From NCBI GenBank assembly GCA_963846575.1, contig CAWJWJ010000001.1:960001-1024000 (forward strand): a stretch of 64,000 nucleotides of DNA, in the 5' to 3' direction. A program made the position numbers and the translations under genes. Each line of letters opens with the position of its first letter. Within the stretch, counting starts at the first letter, position 1. This DNA comes from an uncultured Nitrospiraceae bacterium (GTDB taxonomy: Bacteria; Nitrospirota; Nitrospiria; Nitrospirales; Nitrospiraceae). Shown piece by piece: positions 41,635-49,123 of this stretch. Under the pieces are notes generated by a model, which was given only the letters and a program-made list of their open reading frames with translations, made no database searches and had not been told where the DNA came from.

Positions 41635-42346
41635 GCCGCTGGAAGGAGTTTCGGCGCGAACCAGTCGCCGGCGAATGGAGCAGGAAGCAGAAGCGGGGCT
41701 ATCACCGCGTCCGGTCGCTCCTGTGGTTCTGGGAGTCCCATCAGTTCCAGGTGCTCTGGGTCACGCTGTCTACGGCAGAAGGCGGGGATGCGGAGAAGCT
41801 CACCTATCACCACAAGCAACTGCGCCAACGGATCGAACGCCAGCTCGGCTTTGCAGGGTTGGAGTATTACCAGGTGCGGACAGATGAAGGGCATGGCGTG
41901 CTCCATATCTTCTGGGCCTGGCGGGTGCCGGATGGGGAACGCGCTCGCCGGTTCTGGATCTCGCAGGAATGGCTCTCGTCACAATGGGAAGCCCTCCACG
42001 GGGCTCCGGTGGTCTGGATCAAGGCCTACCAGCCCAGCCATCGCTCAAGGAACCGGTTGAGTCGCTACGTCATCAGCCAGTACGTCCAGGATCAATGCTG
42101 GCTACGTGAATATGTGTTGGTCGTGGAAACGGTCGCTTGGGGTTCCCCATCGGGAAGATGTGGGAAGAGATGCGGAACCAATGGCAGACCCAGAATGTCT
42201 ACCGACGCATACGGAAACAGATCGAAGTTCCTCGCATCGTCTTTCTCAAGACCTGGGAGGATCTGCTGTCTGGGCACCCCATCTGGTTCAGTAACACCAT
42301 TCTCCAACTCGTCCTGGGCAAAGGCCTCGTCTGGAGTCCGCTATGA
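41631..42346 (+). pseudogene. Rolling-circle Rep-like (HUH-superfamily) protein, two apparent +1 frameshifts
   Basis: Ordered motifs WVTLST (I), EGHGVLHIFW (II-like), W....G, LSRYVISQYV (III-like); continues GYVNMCWSWKRSLG / FPIGKMWEE...WSPL. Confidence 0.65.
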
Positions 42347-42598
42347 AGAGCCCCCCATACCTGTGTCATCCAAATTAACAGTCTGTTGGGCCTCACGTGT
42401 TGCGGCAAGCCTGCCACGCTCTATGACCGGGCCAGAAAGGACTGGATTTGCACGGAACATCATCGGGAGCGTCTGTGCGAGTTCTGTCAGTGTGAGCGGG
42501 CCTGGGGGCGCGTACAGATGCGCTCTCATCTCTATGCCGCGCCCTGTGAGGTGTGGCTCTGTGCGTCATGTGCGGGAATACGGGACGGTAGGACCTGA
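42343..42598 (+). pseudogene. Small Cys-rich protein, +1 frameshift in a C6 run
   Basis: ATGA overlap with the Rep stop; removing one C gives MKSPHTCVIQINSLLGLTCCGKP...CEFCQC...CASC. Confidence 0.65.
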
Positions 42599-42623
42599 GA
42601 TCACGGCGGCCTGCTCTCATCAA

Positions 42624-42870
42624 TCTCACCCTGTCACCCGTCCATTATCCTAACGGGTGAGAGGGGAATAGGGTGACCTCATCCTACCAGATGGCGGCGA
42701 TGCGTCAGCTTGGCCGTCCATCTGCTCTGTCGATACCTCGTTGCGTGAAGGAAAAGAATGAATGCAGACTAGGAGGAAAGAAGTCACGCAGGAAGCTTAC
42801 CCCAAGGACCCGCCGGCCGCTCCGGACCAATCGGACCGGACGGCCGGGGGGTTCGGGGGCAGAGCCCCCG
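42624..42870. other. Hairpin-rich non-coding region (candidate replication origin)
   Basis: TCACCCGT-11nt-ACGGGTGA (42634-42660) and CGGGGGC-AGA-GCCCCCG (42854-42870). Confidence 0.4.
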
Positions 42871-43563
42871 CTTCACTTGATTCATATGGTCAAAGTAGGA
42901 AACTTGGCTACGGTGTTTAGCGGGACCACTTCACTCTGATCCAACTCGCTGCTGACAAGCCCGATGCCGACGGCTTCTCTCGAAGCACGATCGAGCTTCT
43001 AAAGCCTGTCTATAATGGCGCGAGTTTAGTGAGAATAAGGGTTAAGGGACAACCAGTACGCTTGACGGGATTCTCCCTTGAACAGATGTGGATCGAAATG
43101 CCGCTAGAAAACTGTAGAGAACTGGTGTTTAAAACATCCCCACCCCCAGAAACTAAGGACCGTGATCGAGGACCGAAAGCTAATTAAACCGCCGTCCCCG
43201 CCAAGCGGATTGCCGTAGAAATTGGTTTGAATGTCACAATCTTCCTGGAGAGGATGGAGAGGTCAATACACCGGCCGCTCAGGTCCACCATCACTATCTA
43301 TACTCTCCTCTGCGTGCCATCAATAAAGCAGCGGAAGAAACCTATTAGTACTGTCCTGATCTCTGACTCCTCCGTATTCCCAAATCACCGCTAACATTCG
43401 TACCTCATACCTGAGACCTTTGTTGATCCTTGCCTGGTGATCAACTCGTGCCTGACTCTGAAACTGGCGTACGACTTGTAGCCGTGGTTCAGCGAACAAG
43501 ATGCGCAACATCTAAATAACGCTCAAGGTCCATCGGTTCCATCCTCTAGACGCACTCTGTTCG

Positions 43564-43600
43564 GTATCTCTTTAGATACGACTAGTATCTCTTTAGATAT
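43564..43600. promoter_or_regulatory. Tandem palindromic operator / upstream activator sites
   Basis: GTATCT-CTTT-AGATAC at 43564-43579 and GTATCT-CTTT-AGATAT at 43585-43600; 21-bp period. Confidence 0.6.
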
Positions 43601-43660
43601 ACTCTGAAATTTTTCGCATTCATGACTATTCGCTTTTTTAAACTGGCACGCAGAAACACG

Positions 43661-43676
43661 TGGCATGTGGTTTGCT
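43661..43676 (+). promoter_or_regulatory. Sigma54 (-24/-12) promoter
   Basis: TGGCAT-GTGGT-TTGCT with GG-N10-GC spacing, 50 bp before the 43726 ATG. Confidence 0.65.
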
Positions 43677-43725
43677 CGTACTAGTATAGTAGCCGCAAGT
43701 TACGCACATTCAGCAGTCACCTGCA

Positions 43726-45336
43726 ATGGAGGTAACAGTGAAAGCCATCTATAACAAGAGATCTTATGTATCGGCAGTAGGGCTAACGTTGGGATGGCCA
43801 TTCCTTTTGGCCTCAACAGCCGTGGCGAGCGGGTATGAAGAATGTAACCAAATACTCACCCAGGACATCTTTAACAAGGTTCTAAAAAGTGATGTAAGCA
43901 CCGCGTCAGCGTCGGAGGCATACCAGTCGGCATATTTCAAGTCGAACGCCACAGCGGCATACAATGAATATAAGACGGCACATAAAGAAGCGCAGAAAAA
44001 AGGGACAAAGCTTGAGGTTGGAGGTAACTACGGTCCGATTGGTGCGAAGATGGGCCTAGAGTTGACCTCCGAGAAACTCGTTGAAAAAGAAGAGTTCGAG
44101 AAGGCATTTAACAGTGTGCAAAGTCAGGAGTCGGGATCGCAATCCTCTAGTTCCTCCTCAGCTCAATCCCTTGTAAATACATATGCTACATATGTCCGAG
44201 ACCCTGTAACCGTGTCTGCATGGAAAGATTGCGTCTCTCGGACGAAGGACACTAACCTCTACGCGTATGCAAGCCGTGATGGGAAGCGTACATATGTAAA
44301 CGTTATGTGGGTTCCGGGCGCCTTGGCTGGCATGCTACCTTCCATTCCAATAAGCTTCGTAACGCACGACTCGGACATTGTAATTGAAGCGAAATCAGTA
44401 GAACAAATCGCAATAGGGAGCGGTCGGAATTTTGTGGTGACTTGTAGCAAATCTTGCGACAAGGGCTTTCTGGTTACTGTCAACGGGAGCCTGAAAAATT
44501 CCACCGGCGCTCTCGGAGGCTCTTTCACTGCCACTGTGCAGGTACCTCCTAAGCGGTTACCTGTTCCGAAGGCTCCGGGAGTAGTAGCGTCCGTAGATCA
44601 CACATACATTTATGGGATCAATAACAACGGTGAAATGTTCTGGTATGAAAACGATCGACAGACTGATGATAGCCTTGAATGGGCCAGCGATGAGGGAAAG
44701 CTGGTCGGAACAGGGTGGAACTTTGATCAGGTCTTTTCCGGCGGCAATGCGGTTATTTATGGGGTCAAGGATAACGGCGATTTGCTGTGGTATCGCCATG
44801 ACGGGCGAAACGACGGAACGATGAAATGGTCTCCCCAATCTCGATCGAAGGTAGGCGATGGATGGCATTTCAAGCAAATATTTTCGATCGGCAATGGTGT
44901 CATCTACGCTATTAAGGAAAATGGCGACGTGTACTGGTATCGCCATGAAGGGCGAAATGACGGGAGTCTAAGATGGGCCAAAAATTCTGGGCAGCGAGTG
45001 GCCAGTGGGTGGGATTTTAAGCAAATTATTGCTGGCGACAACGGTGTGATCTATGGCGTCACTGACAACGGCGACGTACTTTGGTATCGCCACGAAGGAT
45101 GGAATGATGGTGGCTCGAGTTGGGCAAAAAAGTCCGGAACCAAGGTAAATTCTGGATGGAACTTCGAGAAAGTCTTTTCAATCGGCGGCGGTGTCATCTA
45201 TGGCGTCAAAGATAACGGCGACTTATTTTCATATCAGCATGAAGGACGGAATGATGGTAGCCCGAAATGGGCACCCAGCGATGGACAAAAAATGGGTGAC
45301 CGCTGGAACTTTAGGCAAGTCTTTGCGGGAAAATAG
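43726..45336 (+). CDS. Secreted protein: unknown N-terminal domain plus five tachylectin-2-like repeats
   Basis: Signal peptide ending AVA; five ~49-aa repeats IY(G/A)...NGD..WY.H.G..DG...W.....V..GW.F..(V/I)F. Confidence 0.88.
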   Translation: MEVTVKAIYNKRSYVSAVGLTLGWPFLLASTAVASGYEECNQILTQDIFNKVLKSDVSTASASEAYQSAYFKSNATAAYNEYKTAHKEAQKKGTKLEVGGNYGPIGAKMGLELTSEKLVEKEEFEKAFNSVQSQESGSQSSSSSSAQSLVNTYATYVRDPVTVSAWKDCVSRTKDTNLYAYASRDGKRTYVNVMWVPGALAGMLPSIPISFVTHDSDIVIEAKSVEQIAIGSGRNFVVTCSKSCDKGFLVTVNGSLKNSTGALGGSFTATVQVPPKRLPVPKAPGVVASVDHTYIYGINNNGEMFWYENDRQTDDSLEWASDEGKLVGTGWNFDQVFSGGNAVIYGVKDNGDLLWYRHDGRNDGTMKWSPQSRSKVGDGWHFKQIFSIGNGVIYAIKENGDVYWYRHEGRNDGSLRWAKNSGQRVASGWDFKQIIAGDNGVIYGVTDNGDVLWYRHEGWNDGGSSWAKKSGTKVNSGWNFEKVFSIGGGVIYGVKDNGDLFSYQHEGRNDGSPKWAPSDGQKMGDRWNFRQVFAGK

Positions 45337-45590
45337 GACCTGATTCAGGCACATCCACAGAGTCCAGTGATGGTCTTTGAGAGGATTATGTGACGCTAAC
45401 CATGAAACTTCACTGAATTGGACACGACCACCTCGGGAATTGATGACTGGGACGCCATCCAAAATCACAGGGTATCTCAGAGTTCAGACGATCACGACCA
45501 CAGACATGACAAAGTAAACTCACCGCTGGACTCAGATCGAGTCCGTCCGATCTTGTTTACCTTTCACAAGCCGAGTTGCAGGAGATACCA

Positions 45591-46433
45591 ATGTTTGTAC
45601 GATTCTATTTGATGATGGGAATCTCTTTGGTGTTTTTCTGTCAGGCGACTCCGTTACTTGCTGAAAATGTCCTCGAGTGGAAGGGTTTTAAAGGGGACAA
45701 TAAGCTAAAAGATGCAGCCAACCTCGATTCCGCTCACATAAAGCAGGGAGATCGGGGACCGCATGTCAGCAAGATACAACACTCTATAAAATTCCTGGAC
45801 TCCGCTTTCATCAGCCAAGAAGAAATGGACACACAAACATATGGTCCATCAACGGCTAAAGCTGTGCTGGGCTACAAAACTTCCCGAAAGATTATTAACC
45901 AGAAATACCAGTCAAAACCTGACAGCATTGTAGGGAAAATGACTATGGTGGCCTTAGATCGCGAGATGAGCCAAAGAGCCATGGAACGCTTTGAAGATCT
46001 CAAATTCCCTGCAGCAATGGAACCTTTCCCAAGTAACGAGGCGAAAGCTCCAGACGGCTTTTCTATCCCAATTCCCAAAACCATTACACGTTCTGGCAAT
46101 ATTATCTCTCTCCGGGGAGCAAGAGTAACAGTGACAATGGGGCCAGAACGCGCCAGTTCATGTAAATATCGCATGGTGATTGATAATGTTCCTCCGGAGA
46201 CTCACAACGACGCGCAACTAGCAAGTGAAGCAGCAGACCATCTGGTTGAAGAAGCCGCGTGGGCGGTAATACTTGATAAAGCAGCAGCCGCTATCACGTT
46301 TGGTTCCACAAAAGTAGGCATCGGTGTATCAGCAGCAGCAGCTTTAATTGTACCATCTCCAATTCTCCGAGAAATTGTGTGGCATGCTGATGTCGATGGG
46401 AGGAAGGTTTGCTACCTATTGGTAACCCAGTAA
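45591..46433 (+). CDS. Exported protein with PG-binding-like domain and unknown C-terminal domain
   Basis: AGGAG RBS; signal peptide; IKQGDRGPHVSKIQ..YGPSTAKAV..YK...DSIVGKMTMVALD. Confidence 0.8.
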   Translation: MFVRFYLMMGISLVFFCQATPLLAENVLEWKGFKGDNKLKDAANLDSAHIKQGDRGPHVSKIQHSIKFLDSAFISQEEMDTQTYGPSTAKAVLGYKTSRKIINQKYQSKPDSIVGKMTMVALDREMSQRAMERFEDLKFPAAMEPFPSNEAKAPDGFSIPIPKTITRSGNIISLRGARVTVTMGPERASSCKYRMVIDNVPPETHNDAQLASEAADHLVEEAAWAVILDKAAAAITFGSTKVGIGVSAAAALIVPSPILREIVWHADVDGRKVCYLLVTQ

Positions 46434-46760
46434 TCTTACCTCACCGTAGTTTTCAGTTGAAGCCCGCGATCAGCCTGATAGCTACAGATGACACTAGCTT
46501 GAGAAGCCGTTTTAAGGCGAGGGTAAGAGGTTCAATAACTTCGGGCCTATCGAACAGCTCTAAAGGCGTTGATAGGAAAACTGTAATGTTCGACATGAGA
46601 ACAGCTCGGGGAGCCATTGCTTTCATCGAACCATTTGAGGCGGAGTCATTTCAAATCAAGCGTTGCTATTTCTGCTCGCGATGACGCTTAAGGCTTAGGT
46701 TGAACAAGAGGCCGGCCTGTAGGTATCAGCGACTAGCAGCATTTGCGCCATCAAGCTATA

Positions 46761-47495
46761 CTATTGGATAAATGGGGTCGAACCCGATTCGTGGAATTGC
46801 TCTATCAATTGCCCTGCGCACTTGTTCCCAGCAATCGCGAGTTGCTGCACCATAAATATCATGCCCCATTCGGCTTGTTCTCGCCATTCGGACCGTACGT
46901 CCAGTGAACCAACAGAGCATTGACCCTGCCAAACCACCGTGGAGTCCTTGAGTCGAATGAGACGGGCACGTGCCTGATAGTAGAGGTTGAACTTCTTGCC
47001 CAAGACGTTAAACATGCCAGCGTCGGATATCCACAAGCTTGACACCTCAATGTTGAAGGGGTCGCGCTCGTGTAAAAATGCTTTACGTGATGTAAAGTCC
47101 AACACATAGCCATCACCGAAGGTTTCCCCTAACTCTGTTATTCCCTCTCGAATGCAACAAGATCGCGTTAATGACCACCGGTGTCGCCACACCACAGGTA
47201 TGGGCACGGATCGTATATTGGTAAGACCGGCTTGAGCCATCAATTGGGAAGACACCTGCTCTTTTATGATGTCGATAGGGTCTGATAAAAGCAGTCCGTG
47301 CGTGGAAGCTAGACCTGGTGCATAGGACACAAAAATACCGTCGCCCTGGCGCCAATGGACTGCTTGAATCAGTGGGATGTGCTGGAGCTCAGCCCTCTGC
47401 TGGTCCGATAGATTAAGCCGCCCAGTTCCCCCTATACATCCAAGCGTGCTCACTATGAAAAGGACGACAATCAGTCGCAATGCGATTCTAAACAT
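46761..47495 (-). CDS. Hypothetical lipoprotein
   Basis: MFRIALRLIVVLFIVSTLGC lipobox. Confidence 0.72.
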   Translation of the reverse strand: MFRIALRLIVVLFIVSTLGCIGGTGRLNLSDQQRAELQHIPLIQAVHWRQGDGIFVSYAPGLASTHGLLLSDPIDIIKEQVSSQLMAQAGLTNIRSVPIPVVWRHRWSLTRSCCIREGITELGETFGDGYVLDFTSRKAFLHERDPFNIEVSSLWISDAGMFNVLGKKFNLYYQARARLIRLKDSTVVWQGQCSVGSLDVRSEWREQAEWGMIFMVQQLAIAGNKCAGQLIEQFHESGSTPFIQ

Positions 47496-47901
47496 CAGAT
47501 TTCCATGTACGAGGGTGTGAAGCATCTGGTGGAGATCGGAAAACGGGGCAGTCTTGAGCTCGAGTCACAGTTGTGGAACGGCCCGCTAGCAGATGTTTCA
47601 CAGCTCGGGTAGTCGCACGCTATCCCTCAACATCCTAGTTAAATGGATGAATAATGCTAGGGAAAGTTGTAAATGGTCGTGCGGCGCCATCTGGGAGATT
47701 TTCCCGAGCACGATCGGCGCGTCCGGTTTAGTCTAGGGATTGAGCCGTTTCGATGATCAGGTAATTCTTTCGGGAGGAGGTCGCTCTATCGCTAACAGCA
47801 TAGAAGATGGCCGTCGCGATTGGGTCGAAAGCCGGAAAGCTCTTGATCCGCTCTATGGGCAATCCGGTTCACACGGAAGGAGCATATTGGACGGCATTCT
47901 C

Positions 47902-47940
47902 GGTCACGGTTTTGGTCACGGTTCGGTCCCGGTTTTGGCC
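47902..47940 (+). repeat. Putative integrase arm-type sites (right)
   Basis: GGTCACGGTTTT GGTCACGGTTC GGTCCCGGTTTT GGCC. Confidence 0.7.
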
Positions 47941-48066
47941 CCGATTGCTAATCTACCCTCATCGTCACTGGTCGCACCGTTGAATGCTCTAATCGATTGA
48001 TTTGCAAAACTAAAATCACGTTCTGTCACCACCAATCGCTGTCAGTCTCTATGTCACTTTGTGAGC

Positions 48067-48111
48067 CTTCGGATCCGAGGGTTGGGGGTTCAAGTCCCTC
48101 CGGGCGCACCA
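48067..48111 (+). repeat. attR core (copy of tRNA-Arg 3' half)
   Basis: 45/45 identical to 39406-39450. Confidence 0.95.
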
Positions 48112-48231
48112 TATAATCAATCGGTTGCATCTCCCCATCTCGTTTTCCCTCTTCACCGGTCACGGTTTCAGCGGGACTGCTTCGACTCACTTCGTCCCGA
48201 AACTGCCTCGTGGAAGGCGGGCGTATCGAGC
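48112..48231 (-). pseudogene. Relic 3' end of a second, homologous integrase
   Basis: Aligns by eye with 39451-39585; encodes RYARL../RQFRDEVSRSSPAETVT...MQPIDYMVRPEG versus RYAHLAPGHLRDAVNRGSLAGTVT...MQPIDYLVRPEG. Confidence 0.75.
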
Positions 48232-48516
48232 GGAATCGGGCGTCCTGCTGCGGGTGGGCCTGGTGACGGTGGCTGAACGATTGACCGGCCTGGCCGATCA
48301 ACTTGCGCTCTCAAATTCAAGACGCCAGCCGGAATGGGGAGGATCGGAAGGGTGCAGCTTGTGCAGCCGATCCTGCCTCTTTTGTGCTCTGCCGGACCGC
48401 GTCAGGATCGACGCAACACACCTTCCAATCTGTAGCATCCGTGAGCAGGCGTCGGTAGACAACGCTCCGCGTGGTTACGTAGAGTCGCCCGGATTCATTT
48501 TTCTCAGGGTTGACTC

Positions 48517-48915
48517 GTGCATCTCTCACATCGCTCCCTCCATGTGCTTCGTCGATCGAGCCGGGCTTCCAGCCTGCTGGTCCTGATCGCCTGCCTGCTC
48601 ATCGGCATCCGGTCCGTGGCGGGATTCGTCTGCTACACCTGTTTCACGGATCTCGAGCGCCCCCTGTCGAGGAGTTTCCACCTCCATGCCGGGGGAGACG
48701 CGAACCCGTGCCACCACGGCAGGGTCGACGCCAGTCCGCTGAAGCAGTGGGCCTGCACCGTCACGCAGGACGATCCGGGCTATGTCCTGCCCGAGATTCC
48801 CCGGCTGCCGGTCGTCGGGTCGCTCTCCCTGCCGCTGATCCTGCTGCTGGTCTACTATCGAAGGCGCTTTCCGATCCCCGCCATCGGGCGGGGCCCTCCC
48901 GTCCTCGCCTCCTGA
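48517..48915 (+). CDS. DUF2946/CruR/CutF-like leader protein (CxxC, His cluster, C-terminal RGPP)
   Basis: Hydrophobic N-terminal segment, CYTC, HLH...CHH, C-terminal IGRGPPVLAS; directly upstream of a TonB-dependent receptor. Confidence 0.75.
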   Translation: MHLSHRSLHVLRRSSRASSLLVLIACLLIGIRSVAGFVCYTCFTDLERPLSRSFHLHAGGDANPCHHGRVDASPLKQWACTVTQDDPGYVLPEIPRLPVVGSLSLPLILLLVYYRRRFPIPAIGRGPPVLAS

Positions 48916-49123
48916 TCTCAACACACCACCATTTTGAACCATTACGAGCCGGACACCCGCTGCGTCCGATGGGGTCTGTGTGATGCCGCCGGTCCTGCCT
49001 GGGGCTTCGAGGCGATGCCTTGGCCCAGGCCCGGTCCACGCGGAGCCTCGGGCCCGGCTGCAATGAGCCCGGCTTTCGCGACGTCTGCGCGCCATGCGGC
49101 CGTTGTCCGCAGGAGAGGAATTC

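Larger units (their letters stand above)
39406..48111. mobile_element. Integrative element in tRNA-Arg (Int, CGNR Zn-finger, Xis, RCR Rep-like, cargo)
   Basis: 45-bp direct repeat of the tRNA 3' half at both ends; adjacent tyrosine integrase; visibly AT-richer cargo. Confidence 0.92.

Noticed and set aside
41184..42653. 489-aa ORF as a single gene
   Set aside because: It is a chimera created by frameshifts, passing through parts of Xis and Rep and out-of-frame sequence. Internal RBS and ATGA overlaps define three smaller genes.
44600..45333. Regularly spaced DNA repeats as a CRISPR array
   Set aside because: They are degenerate, in-frame ~147-bp protein repeats. No cas genes or repeat-spacer arrays were seen anywhere in the window.
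39451..48066. Prophage or inovirus call
   Set aside because: No Zot-like ATPase, small coat genes, terminase, capsid or tail genes recognisable.
48067..48111. Second tRNA gene
   Set aside because: Only the 3' 45 nt are present, with no D-arm or 5' acceptor strand. It is attR.
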